This document shows positions 51,888 to 64,000 of a DNA stretch of 64,000 nucleotides, piece after piece. The stretch is from positions 5,518,001-5,582,000 of the forward strand of contig CM007989.1 of the NCBI GenBank assembly GCA_002189035.1, in the 5' to 3' direction. A program made the position numbers and the translations under genes. Each line of letters opens with the position of its first letter. The first letter of the stretch is position 1. The notes beneath the pieces are model-generated. The model was not told where the DNA came from. It made no database searches and worked only from the letters and a program-made list of their open reading frames with translations. Origin of the DNA: Utricularia gibba (lineage: Eukaryota > Plantae > Magnoliophyta).

Positions 51888-52984
51888 TCAGTCAGTATCA
51901 TCGTCCTCTTCTTCATGCTCTCTCACAATCCTCTCCACAAATTTCTTCCTAACGCCATCAAGAACAGCTTCTCTGGACTGTTCTCCACTATGGCCATCAT
52001 TGAGGACAGGATCAGATTGACACAGAACAAGAGCAACACCTGAAAGTTCAGTTACAACGCATATCCTCATCAACTTATGAAACAATGGGAATCATTTAAA
52101 ATCGCTTCTTTCGCCTAAAATGAAACCAATTCGATGAAAGTATCTTAATTTGAAACCACAAACAGCCCTTTCATAAATGACATACAGACGACAATCCCAA
52201 ATGGAGAAGTGCTCACTCTCTGAGGTGCATCTTCGACCAAAAGCTTGCGTTCCTACATGAGTTGCTTTAACTGCGCCATTGTTGTAAACCAAAACAGTGG
52301 GAATGTTTCTATCCGGATAGTTTGGAATGCAGTCAGTGGATATAATCTTGACAAACTTGGTTGCAGGGTATCTTTTGGCCAAATCCTCCAGGCATTGCAG
52401 AAGCAACTGGCACTCTGGGAATCTGCATGTGCTACAAGTGAAACCAGTATCTTACCGAGAAACAAAAGAATGGATGCAGTGGTGCTTGATGAATTACCCA
52501 TCTTTATAGAGTAAGACGACAACCCAAACATCTTGACCAGCTTGCGAAACTTCACGAATGAAATCAGAGCCGGAAATTGGGACCACGGAACCAAACTTCG
52601 CAATCTTTACTGCTTCTCTCATTTCAGCAAGCCTCATTTTTCTTTCACAAGCAGTCATCATGTTAATTCTGACAACCGACTAGGTGGCCAATAGGGTAAA
52701 AAAGGCCTTCTACAGGGTGAATTGTAAAATTTGGGTGAGTACCTGTAATCCTCGAGGAAGCGATCGTCATCCAGATCATCTTCCAGATCTTCAAGCTCTT
52801 CCTCAGTTTTTTCATCGATCCAGGCTTTGTCTTTGGGTTTCGACTTCACATCCTCTGCTGGTGCAAATGGCGGTGGCTTGAAAGCCGGTGGCTTTGGCGG
52901 CAGATTACCTAGCTTCCTTTGAATATCGTCCCACTCCGTGGAGGCTCCTTCGACATCTTTGTACACGAAATGGTAATCCGCCAT
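51888..52984 (-). CDS. Phosducin-like protein (PhLP2/PDCL3/VIAF type, thioredoxin fold); 4 exons
   Basis: Exons 52984-52743, 52641-52498, 52422-52217, 52039-51888; GT-AG and in frame. Motifs MADYHFVYKDVEGASTEWDDIQRKLGNLP, YPATKFVKIISTDCIPNYPD and VALVLCQSDPVLNDG. Confidence 0.93.
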
Positions 52985-53760
52985 CGACGCCGATCTGGGC
53001 CGTTCTCTGGAAGGAGAGACAAGAGTACTGAACTATGTTTCTAACGGTTTGACCCGGCTATTTGGCGGGTCTGAGCCACCCGGGTGGCCCAGTCCAGCGA
53101 CCCTTAGAAAAAATAAAACAATTATTTTATTTTATCTAAATTGCAAAGATTAATCGTCGAATACGTTTTCAAAAAAAAAAAATTAAAATAAAACTTATCA
53201 TATATTACAAAAAAAATCATTTTCAACATTGTAAACTTTCAAAGGAAAAATGAAAATTTTAATTACAAAAATATGTTAATTTCAAAAAACCTCATTAAAT
53301 TTTATATAAAACATAATTGTCATGTAAAATAAAAAAATCAATAATATCTTATGTCAAATAAACGTCAATATCATGATGAAAAAATTGGAGACATTATTAG
53401 AAAGAAAACCAAACAACATGTTTTTATATATCATAACAATTCGGGTTCTTTTTTCCAAACATGATCAAGTAAAACAAGGTTTTTAAAACATGATATGGAG
53501 ACCTTGTTTTGCAGGAGAGTTTTTTTAGAATTAATACATAATGACGATCAAATCATATTTTACATCTGTAAAAATTGTTACGTTTGCAGACATTGGAAAA
53601 TCATATTTTTGATGTCTTATGTTTGCAAAAAGTTACTTTTATAATGCATCACATTTAAATTTAAAAATAACGATGCATCATGTTTAAAAAATTATGAAAC
53701 AATGCATAAAAAATTATAAAATCTCTTTTGTTTGAAAGCTACACTTCATACATATCTTCT

Positions 53761-53858
53761 AAAATTTCATATTTTTCTTTCATACATATTTTAAATAAAA
53801 TTTCATATTTTTCTTTCATACATATTTTAAATAAAATTTCATATTTTGCTTTCATATT
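53761..53858. repeat. 36-bp tandem repeat (~2.7 copies)
   Basis: Unit aaaatttcatatttttctttcatacatattttaaat at 53761 and 53797, partial copy at 53833. Confidence 0.85.
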
Positions 53859-56800
53859 GATTAGATAAAATATATTCATTATATAAAAAAATAATTTTAA
53901 AATAGATTATACATTTGTTTTTACACAATCTAATGCTTTGTAGAAAAAGGTTGAGAATTGAAAATAACATGATGATAGTGGAATCTGAACGTCGACCATC
54001 AAGATTAACAAATAAAAGCCTTATTACTTTTATGTAAACTAAGTCTTTTATATCAACTTTTTCACGTTTCTTGACCTTTCTAACCAATGTCATTAATTCT
54101 TCTTCCATTGCAAATCGTTCCACGTCTTCTTCGTCAAACCATGTGGGTCTCATCTGTATCGTGAATAAAAACCTATTAGAGTTATTATGAGGAACAACTA
54201 CCCTAATTGTCATTGAAACCTTCATATATCCAACCAATGTTAGAAGTAGGTGTGAAAGTACATGGAGCTTCTGTTATGAACCCACGAATATAATGAAGAA
54301 CATAAATGCCGCACTTAGTTAGCCCTTGTTGGCATGGTAACTGAAATGTTATCAATAATCTGATAATATTTTAATGCATGTAATCCTAATGCCTTACGTC
54401 AACCGGAATAAGAGGAGTACTATTGACAATTTACTCATCCATGGAAGAGTTTGCGACCCTACTCTAGTACACATGCCATATGAACCTGTGAATATGTAGG
54501 AAGAAAAATAATTAACTCATATGTATATATATGTTTGAATCACAAAATATTCCTACATTCTTCAGCCTTAGTCTCTATCATATTGGTAGAACCCAATGAA
54601 TCCAAGATAAGAATGCAACACTACTCCGATTTATCAAAGTCGAAGTTGCACATGATTAACAACAAAAAATGTCCTCTACATTTAATACATAACAGCTAAC
54701 TATCTTTTAAAAATTGATCATTGTACTCCATGTGACATATTAACCTCGAAACAGTGAGAACGACAAAATATGACGTGGTAAATGTTCTTCTTCCTTCAAA
54801 TAACAGCCCCAAATTCCTTTGTCTTCGCATCTCAATAGTGTCATAGTATTGGCAACTAGTGAATTCATACATTTCTTGAATCACTAACGGGAATGAGCAA
54901 ACAATTTTTCTGCAACCAATATAAAGACTGAAAGGTTAACATCCCATAATCACATAAAAAAAGAATGAACAATGACAACTTACGCCAAAGCATAATCGAA
55001 CATCATGTCATCCAACATCTCATAGACACGTAAGTGTGGATTGCACTCTTTTTTTCCAAGACTTTCGAACCTCGTGACCTGATGTTTTTGCTTAACGGTG
55101 TATGAGTGTCCTTGATTGTGCTTTTCATGTTGCAACCATTTCCTATTGCAATTTGGACAACCACCTTTGTTCACGCCTTTACCGACACTTGTGGCCCAAC
55201 TTCATCATCATGGCATGGTATTTTATTCAATTGTGTAGCCCCAATTTCAATACTATTATCAATAACACAATAAAAGTATTACTACTACACCATAATATAC
55301 CTTCTTCTCAGTTTTGGAACCATGCACTTCTGGCATATCATTTGGCGATCCACTCGTGTTTTGGGAGTGGTGGGTGGAACATCAACATCTTTGATGCCAC
55401 TACTAACTTGTGGCCAATTGGGCAATCTCAAGATTTTTACTTTCATGTTAAACAAACAAAAAACAATATTCATGCCTATACATGTTTAAAATACCTCAGA
55501 CTCAAGAGGAGTTCCTGCTCTCTCAATAGGCAAATCAGTATGTCTCTCTTCATCTTGTATTGTCTCTCGAGGTTGTTCTTGTCGTGTTCATTTGGCAGCT
55601 TTTCGGGCTCGTTGTTTGACTGGATATCACCACGTTTTGTGGCCTGGTGCATTACAAATGGAGCATGCCTGACATTCCCATGAATGATCACACAAGTTAC
55701 CCAATATATCACTATGGTATATACATATAGTGTAGGTTTTTACCTTTATTAAACCATCATCCGTGTCTCTAGTGTTGCAACCGGCTTCGAATTTCTTCTG
55801 CTCCTCGCAACATCGAGTGTTGTGGCCAACTTGCCCACACCAAGAGCATCCTTGTGGCACAACGTTGCCATGTCTAAAACATTTGCTTTCCTTTGTGGAT
55901 GCATGCTTCTCATAGCATCGCCTAATGCAGTATTTAGGTGGCCTGCCTCGATGTTCTTAACTATACTTGGATGGAAACATCATTGTTATAGTGGTTGATG
56001 CCACCTAGCTGGTCCGGGCACACCATGAAGTGAGTAGGCGTAAACTGACTTGTGTGTTTCAACATAGAAGCAGTTGTCCACAGAAGCATGAAAAGGCCAG
56101 CCCAAGACGTCAATTACAATTATAGCATGACTACATGATAAACCTGTAACAAAGAACTGTTAGATATTTTCAAAAGGCTAAATGGAAAGCCGATAAATGA
56201 ATGGCGTACTAACCTCTTAGTTACCAAATACCGCAACTACAAACTTTTGTTTCCAGGTCCACAATCTCGATCTCGTCACCATTGAACCACTCCCAACGAT
56301 CATTCGTCGAGCTAAAAATGAGACCCACCTTTCCTTCTTCCCCTAAAATTCCCATTATATGCGAGCAAATCTTATTCTTCATTTGTTCGCCATTAACATG
56401 GCGTGCCACTATGCGCTCACACAATAAGACCCGTATTGCCTCTAATAGTGTGGTGATTTGCTTTGAACGCGCTGCAAGTAATGTTGCATTGAATGATTCA
56501 GTCATGTTGTTCAATAAGGCATCCGACCTAGTAGAATGCCTAAAAAAAGCATAGCACCAATGCTTTGGTGGGATTTGAAGCATATAGGTATAAACTTTCT
56601 GATTCATCTTCATAAGTGCCTGCATTTCAGCCTCCCATCCGGTTCTAGTACCTTGTTCGACAATCCTTCTAATCTAATTACAATCATTCAGTTTCCCTTT
56701 AGGTTTTCCTTTTAGATTTTGCTGAATATGCATGATGTAGTGGCAATGCTACACCATCAATCATTTCATTAACACATATAGCTGTAAACGAAAATGCTTA

Positions 56801-57540
56801 ACACAATTTATATTACCTTATATCTCAAAAAAAGACTTGCGACTACTTCCTGAATAGAGACATCACGATTTGACCTAAAGCATACCTCATCAAGTCTCTC
56901 CATATTTAAATCTTTGCGCAAGAACCCCAAAAACCACATCCAATTGGCTTTGCCCTCTTTCCCAACTATGGCCCATGTAAATGGATATGTACCATTGTTT
57001 GAATCCAACCTGATGGCAACAAAGATTTAGTTGGCAGCCTCTGTTTTCACTTGGCATGCATCAATGCCAATGAACCGTCTACAGCATGCCCTCCAACCTT
57101 GTAGTAAACCAATTGGACATATATAGCATGACTTGAATATTTGTTTTTTGACAAATATGGGTTCAGTATCAATAACAAAGGTGCTTCCCGATTTGACTCG
57201 AGAAACTTCTCCCTATAATCCCTCAATTGGCTGAATTCCTCAACCCGTCTCCCAAAAATAATTTAATTTTCTTTCTTGTGAGCTCTGTGCAAATTGGTCT
57301 TACTTACATCTACGGAAATAGCATAAAAAATCTCACGATCGATTTTTGAAACAGTAATCCCAAGCTTTTGAATGAATTTACGTAGGAATCTTCGTGCGAT
57401 CCAGCTCTATCTTACCTCATCTTTCGAATAGGGTGACAATCCTCTTTGTGGCATAGATTCATGTTTGATGTCAACCATGTATTAGAGTGCTTATAACAAG
57501 ATACGATTACAAACCATGGACATTGTTCAGTCTGCTCCTG
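53840..57540 (-). mobile_element. Second MULE remnant with MuDR transposase fragments
   Basis: CRRFIGIDAC, DSNNGTYPFTWAIVGKEGKANWMWFL, WCYAFF...DALLNNMTESFNATLLAARSK, SWIM start CSCGIW, and zinc knuckles CSWCGQVGHN and CSICNAPGH. Ends not resolved. Confidence 0.82.
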
Positions 57541-57608
57541 AATGAAAAATGCTAATCAATAGCTTATTTTATACACACAAAACAATACCGACAAAAAGAA
57601 TAATCACT

Positions 57609-58780
57609 TGTTAAGCGTCAATTTCTCACTATTTCTTAGGTTGTTTTTATGCTTAATTGTGATTAGAAATGTTTAATTAGGAGTCTATAATATGAGATTT
57701 AGGTTTTTATCTATGTTAGGGTAATTATCCTAAATCTTGTATTTTATCTAATAATTTTGCTAGTTTTAATTAAGTTTTTCTAGAGGCGCACATGTGGCAG
57801 GGAGTGAGAGAAAGAGGGCATCAGATGACGACAAATTGGATCTTCCTGAGTTGACATTCCCTTGATTTCCGAAAGACTGCAGACGCTTAATTATGAGCCT
57901 TGACATGCGAAACACGGGAGTCTCTGATAGGCGACATCATTAGCGTACTAGTGTTAGAGCAAACGTTGCTTGCAAGTCATCACAAGTTCAGCAGAACCAG
58001 CGGAACACGAAATCTCAGACAAAATATTTCAACTCAATTTCGTTTTTCAAAAAAAGTTTTAGTTTTACTTTCAATTTAGTTTTAGACTTTTGTTTCTCTC
58101 TCTAGAGGATTTTCCTCTAGCTTCTCTCTAGAACCTTGTTCTCATTTTCTTTAGTTTGTATGATCGTTCACGGCTAGAAACTTTCGTTTCTAGGTTGGGA
58201 TACTCCCAGATCTATGTTTCGTTAGCTTATCTTCATATCTTCTTTGAATTCGAGCGGGTTCCATATGTCTTCATGCGAACATGTTGCAGTCTTTCTGTAA
58301 TAGCCCCCTTATTCAAGATTCATGGTTAACTGATTACTACCCAAGAGTTTTGGAGAAGAGCAAGGTGGAGAGCACCAATTTGTGCCCTTTTGGCAGGAGG
58401 AAGACAACGTTTTGTCTGTGGTCATACCTCAGGATCAATGGACAAGTAGTGACATCATATTTGGACTCATTGGGTTATTGGCAACACTCGGGTACACGCG
58501 TGCAATTCGCCCGTGAGGGTACACTGGCAGAACCTCTAATTCTCACGTTCGTCCAAGCATCGGGCTATTCCCGTTCCTTCTTGCAAGAGAGTGTAAAGGA
58601 GGATAGACAATTCCTTACTCCTATAACCGAGTACTCGAGAAGACTAGAGAAGAGTGAAGACGCAACAAACATAGCTAGACATGATTCCAAACCCAGAAAC
58701 ATTCACTTTATTTAAGGTTCATCGCTTATGTTTATTTTAGTTGTCTGTTCAAAACTCTTCTTATTCCCTTACTCAAGCTT
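57609..58780 (+). mobile_element. Probable gypsy LTR fragment
   Basis: Abrupt start TGTTAAGC at the end of the MuDR fragment, with LTR-like composition. No coding motif, PBS or TSD was identified. Confidence 0.4.
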
Positions 58781-58789
58781 CATCATCTA

Positions 58790-61655
58790 TGTTTCTCATA
58801 CCTTTTACTTCCACAACTGTTTACAAATCGTGAGAGTTGTATTCGGTGTAGAAACTTTAAATTCTCAATTCCATAATGCCCAAGACGATTGTGCCATAAG
58901 TTAGCATCATGAGGATAAAAAAAACAGCTTTCTAAGTACTTGCATGCCTCAATTTTGTATACATTGTCTTTCATTAGGACTACATTCACAAAGATCTTTT
59001 GAGCTGAGTCTATAATGACTACTAGTCTGTATACAGTTTCGATTGATGCTGCTCTTGCTTTTGAAGTTGCCCCATGCTTATCATATTTTGACTAAGGTGT
59101 GGCAAGTATCTCACTTCTCTTATCGTTAATATTCCTTCTTTAATTGGCAGCACAATTGTCCCTATTCCTTGAACTTGGCACAAGCCATCTGTGTCTCCTC
59201 TAACATGCCCTTGTTCAAACTTGAATAATTCAGTGAAATATCTTGAGGCATTACACTTATGTTTGCTGGCACATCTATCTAGAAATCAGCCTTCTTGTGG
59301 AGTTTCAGTTGCCATAAGTGCAAAATCACATTCTAGTGGATCAAGTATGGACACTTCTTTTAGGCCTTCCAATGCTAATTCCTACTAATTTCTTTGATTT
59401 TCCTTTCCTAGTTCTTACAATATGATATAATTGATAACACCATTTTTATTATGTTTTTATATATGTTTTTAAGCATGTTTTAGGGATAAATGTTATCTAG
59501 TATGCCAAATTATCTTCTTTTGCGTATTTAGTCTGCTAGAATGTGTTTATTGTGAAAATAGGCTCAATTGGCAACAATTGAGCCGAAAACTTTAATATTT
59601 TGTCCAGTTTATGTTTTAAGTTTTATCAGGGTAAGAGCTAGTACTGTAGCAGCGCACTTTCCGCGTTGACAAGTCAGAAGGGACAGAAAAGCTGTGCAAA
59701 AGCCACTTTCCGCCGAAAGTAGCCGCCCTTCTGAAGAGATAAGATATGGAGCAGAGATCTCCCTTCTAGAAGCCTAAGGAAAAGACGAAGCTACCCTTAC
59801 TTTTGAGCTGCAAAAGGGAAAAGGAAGGGAGAGAAGAAAGAGAGTACACTGTGCACTCAGAGTGCACAGGCAGTGAACAGGAGCGAGCGGGAGCAAGGAG
59901 AACTCCGTTTCTTCGGCGCAAGTCTCCGGCGACCTCCAGATCTGCGTGTCTACACCACTGTTCTGGCCAGAACTTCGATTTCCTACAGATCTCCAGCCCA
60001 CAGAAACATCCTGCAACTTTTATTTATAGATTTCTGCACTCCCTTTTCTACGTGAACTTGCTACTGTTATTGCCGTCGTTTTTATGCTTTCTGATGCTTT
60101 TCGGTACCTTGCTGTGAACTGAAAACTCGTTGTAGACCTTGCCTTAGTTTATAAACATGTTTCTGTTTAAGCTTTCCATGTTTGCCTTTAAGTTTAACGT
60201 GCTTTTACTATTCATGTGAACCATGCTCTGTTTCTGCAAACTATTACTCTGTTTTCAAGCGTTCCAAGTTGGGTTTAAACCTAAGGGCTCTCTTGAGTGA
60301 CACAAGAGCTAGACCCTAGTGTAAAACCCAGCCAAATTACTTTTATTTTATGTTTTATGCACCTTCACGTTAATTTAAGTCCCTCTTCATCCCTGCAACT
60401 CGTTTATTCCAGTAACTGTTATTTTACGTCTTACCCGCATTAGACTTAAATCCCAGAAAACCCCCCCGTTTCAAGTAATTGTGATGAACTTCAGAAAATT
60501 GCAACCATTCCCTGTGGATTCGACCCTTGCTTGCCACACTACATTAATTCTTGTGATTTGTGTAGTAGAATAGCTCGGTTTATAAATTTCTTTTGATGCG
60601 TTGAATGTGCTAAACCGCGACATTTAGCAACCCATTCCAACGTTCATCAATAATCTTTCAATATACTTTTTTCCATTGCATTTCTTGTAGATGGCTTCAA
60701 AATGCCACCAACACTTGGACAACTTGTGATATAGTTTTCCACAAAAGTGGCATGCATTCTCAATCTTAGACCAACACTTTTCAGTGTGGCGGTTAGTCAT
60801 TCCACAAGTCTGACACTTTTCTTCAAGTTGTGGATTGTAATCTACTATTTTAGCCACTTGAGTGCTTCAACTACCTTTACTCTTGTTGCTTGTAAATAAT
60901 GTTGTATTTTATTTATCATAATCTGGCTCATCCCTCATATCTATTCGCTTTTAAGAGGCTTGTAAGTCACCTATGAATGACATGAATATTCTGTTGGCAT
61001 CCATTTAGAGTAGCTTCTTCATTTGCTCCACAGCTTCCATACCACAAAGTTTTGGCTCAAATCTGTGTAGCAAGCTCATCATTGCCTTATTGATTAACTT
61101 CTCATCAGTTAAATGCTCTCCCAAGACCTTCATTTCATTAGCCAGTTTTGTAGTTCTTTCATAGTAACCCTGCAATTTTTCACTAGGTAGCAATTTATTT
61201 TTTTCAAACTCAGCCATTTTGTTTTTGATATGGATCTTTCTCATATTCTCATCTCTAGATGATAGTCTTCAACTTGTCCTAGAGAGCCTTAGGACTTTCA
61301 CATGTTGCGATGCATGGAAACATGGTTGGTGCTATTGAGAGGTGCAATGTGGTAATAGTGCAGTTTTTTTTGCTACATAATCAATTGAACTTGCTCCATT
61401 ACAGACCTTGACTTCATTCAACATTTTCTTTGTAATAATAGGAATTTCGAGTTCTTCCTTGATCAGGCTCCATAGATTGCATCCCTTCATGATAGTAGTC
61501 ATCATGACCACCCAAGTGGGATGATTCTTGCCATCCAAGAGTGGAACACCTTGTGGATTACAGGCATAAACCTGGGCAAAGTCTATGGTAACAATAAATC
61601 TTTCAATAAATTCTATGATCGAACTTTATGGTCTACCGAGATGCTTTGATACCTA
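58790..61655 (-). mobile_element. Degenerate Ty1/copia fragment (PBS, gag, zinc knuckle, protease, pre-integrase)
   Basis: PBS-like ggtatcaaagc (61643-53; consensus TGGTATCAGAGC); LDGKNHPTWVVMMTTIMKGCNLWSLI; LQGYYERTTKLANEMKVLGE; CHFCGKLYH; *FLDRCASKH...VRYLPHLSQNMISMGQL; LWHNRLGHY. Confidence 0.85.
59432..60622 (+). mobile_element. Athila-type LTR nested in the copia fragment
   Basis: Starts TGATAACAC; shares cactgttctggc and the ccctgtggattcgaccc...tttataaattt...gat block with the 8930-19679 LTRs. Ends at gcgaca without a matching TSD, so it may be truncated. Confidence 0.72.
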
Positions 61656-62702
61656 GTAGAGAATTTAACAATACTGCTCAAGCATGATCAAAACAAATGT
61701 ATTGAACTCAAGTACTACCAAGCATAATAACATATCCTCCAAAACTTATTCATAAAACAACAACCAAAAGTTGAAACATCACAGACTTGACGATGCCTAA
61801 ATACCCTAAAAGGCCTACTTGAAACATGGGCTAATTTTAACACAAGAGTCCAAGGCTCATATTCTTTTTCTTTATCTCTTGGAAGCATTCAATGCATGTT
61901 CACGTGGTAGGTTCTTCGATAGTCCTCTCCACTTCATCTCCGATTGCTACTTATTTTACATTGATTGTTTCTTCTTTTTCATTTATTCCAACAGTTGCAT
62001 GCAATGTAACCAGTGTTATTGTCAACACAATGTAGACCCAAGCAATATTCAAAATTTTTAAAAAGTGAATCGATTCACGCCAACCGTGAATTGACTTTGA
62101 TTTCAAACCCAACAAAATTTTATGCTAGGGTTTTTCGAATTTGTGTTTAGAGTTAGATGAATCGAATGATATTTCTATTAATATTATATCCCATTTATAT
62201 CTGTATAATTCAAAGTGATGATAGTTATATTTCATTCATATTTGTGTTTTGTATAATGCACCATTATAATGATATTAGGATTAAAACTGATTAATTTTGA
62301 TAACATAGAGATTTAAATATGTAATTCATAATTTTAGAAATAAATTGTTTAAAAAAACAAATTGAGAAGTCTATAATGTAATTTTGAAAATTAAAGATTA
62401 AATTCTTTATATTGATTATAAATTGATATGCTGTCCATGAATTTTACCCATTTTATAAATAAATAAATATAGTACAGATAAATCAACCATATTTGGTCAA
62501 TATACAACAGAGCAGGGAATTCAGGGAATAAGTTGCCGGCCCAGCCAGCAGCTTTAAAACCTCGCGACTGATGCTGAGCGGTCGGGGAAGCGCTTCTCCG
62601 AGTTTCTTTTCCCGTGTCGTGAAATGCGACTTGTGATGTTAAATAAATGCATTTAGTGCTGTACGTTATCCAGTGCCTGGAAATCCGCCAGGGGTTTTCG
62701 TG

Positions 62703-63866
62703 ATGGCTTCAGCAGATAAACCAGGTTTCGCTGCAACCATTATGCTGTAGCTCGTAATGTGTTGAATAACGACGGTCTGAAGGAGCTGTTGATACTGCTG
62801 TTGGGCTATTTCAGGTTTTCCTGCCAAAAGTGTCGCAGTAATTGGAGCTGGTGTGAGGTATGCATACAATAATTTATGTTCGATGAGCGAAAGTATTATT
62901 TAGGTGTTAAAGTGAATTTCAAGTCTTCGGTGTTCTTTGAAGTTTGAGATGAATACTCGAGGAGAGTCCGTACACGGAACATTGCTAAATTATATGCTAT
63001 TATTACAAATGCCGGTTGCTTACCAGCTTCAGTTTGTTAATTTCCTCTTGTCACACACTCTGATCAAGACATACATGATTTGGGGAGTTTTTGTTTTGTG
63101 TGAAGTGGGCTGTCTGCAGCGTATAAGCTCAAACTGCATGGTTTAGACGTCACAGTTTTTGAAGCTGATGGAAGATCTGGGGGAAAGTTAAGATCAATTT
63201 CACAGGATGGTTTCGTATGGGATGAGGGTGCGAACACCATGGTATTCTTCGGTTCATATAAATGAATTTGTTTTTTAATTTTTTTATATTCTCGTATATT
63301 CAAATTCTATGCTTTTGATGCCTCATTTTACACAAACGTATTTTTTCCTCCTACAAGACTGAAAGTGAGGCTGGTGTCAGTTTTTTGCTTGATAATCTTG
63401 GGCTCAGGGACAAACAACAATTTGTATGGTTTCTTATTCAGCTCTTTATCAGTCTCATTCTGCACCGTATGCGTATTTAAGTTTCTGGTGTTTGCATTGC
63501 AGCCTCTTTCCCAGCAGAAGCGTTATGTTGCCAAGAATGGAAAGCCCATTCTTGTAATTTTCGATTCATCTCTAGTGTGCTGTGGCGGTTTACATTCTGC
63601 ATCAATAATGGAGCAGTTAAATCTACTAGTTTTTGGCTGATGTATTTCATGATCACTGTCTCAGTTGCCATCAAATCCTATTGAATTCATTACCAGCAAC
63701 ATCCTCTCTACAAGATCAAAGGTTCGGAATATTCTTTCAGAATGTTTTGCTGCTTCCATGATAAGCTCCTCACTGTTACCGTGCACTCCAATTTTCAGCT
63801 CCAAGTGATTTTAGAGCCATTTTTATGGAAAAAGGGTAATTTGAAGGGTCCTCATGCGGAAGAGAG
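62703..63866 (+). CDS. PPOX2: Protoporphyrinogen oxidase 2 (PPO2/HEMG2/PPX2), exons 1-7; gene continues past the window
   Basis: Exons 62703-62724, 62815-62857, 63106-63241, 63358-63423, 63503-63553, 63665-63721, 63799-63866; GT-AG. Motifs [56 protein letters not shown] and LEPFLWKK. Confidence 0.95.
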
Positions 63867-64000
63867 GTATCAATAGGATTAGCAGGTTTTTTGTTTCTTG
63901 TTCATGTGCTTGTTGGTATTCAAAGTGCAGTGCTCTGACTCTGACGTTTTCTTTGGTGAAGTACTTATTTTTAAAGAAAACGCTTGCATTCATCTTCCCT

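Noticed and set aside
61655-62030. Candidate 5' LTR of the copia fragment
   Set aside because: It lies next to the PBS, but there is no partner LTR and the termini are ambiguous.
1-64000. CRISPR arrays, rRNA, tRNA or prokaryotic operons
   Set aside because: None seen. The only tRNA-like matches are retrotransposon primer-binding sites, and the short repeat arrays are TE subterminal motifs.

Overview
Eudicot plant nuclear DNA: intact genes separated by nested, degenerate transposons. No prokaryotic features, rRNA, tRNA or CRISPR were seen. Intact genes: a head-to-head pair of DUF3339 small membrane-protein genes, a DUF761-type short gene, a 10-exon ABCI11/NAP14-like ABC ATPase, a class I TCP (TCP20-like), an AITR/DIG-like ABA-induced repressor, a 4-exon phosducin-like (PhLP2/VIAF-type) gene, and the first 7 exons of protoporphyrinogen oxidase 2 (PPO2/HEMG2), which runs off the window end. 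A 5'-truncated YSL6-like pseudogene with many deletions lies just upstream of the TCP gene. Transposons: a full-length but broken Athila-type Ty3/gypsy element (8930-19679), a Tat/Retand-type remnant with an antisense Transposase_28-like ORF, a MULE carrying MuDR transposase plus a plant mobile domain gene, a second MuDR remnant, two Ty1/copia fragments, several solo LTRs (two with perfect 5-bp target-site duplications) and two PIF/Harbinger-type non-autonomous elements. I cannot support a wholly new biological system here. The best leads are an out-of-frame upstream ATG at PPO2 that looks like a frameshifted long isoform, the YSL6 pseudogene, complementary deletions in the two Athila LTRs, and TCP plus ABRE motifs upstream of the AITR-like gene. 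Family calls come from motif recognition by eye; no database search was run.
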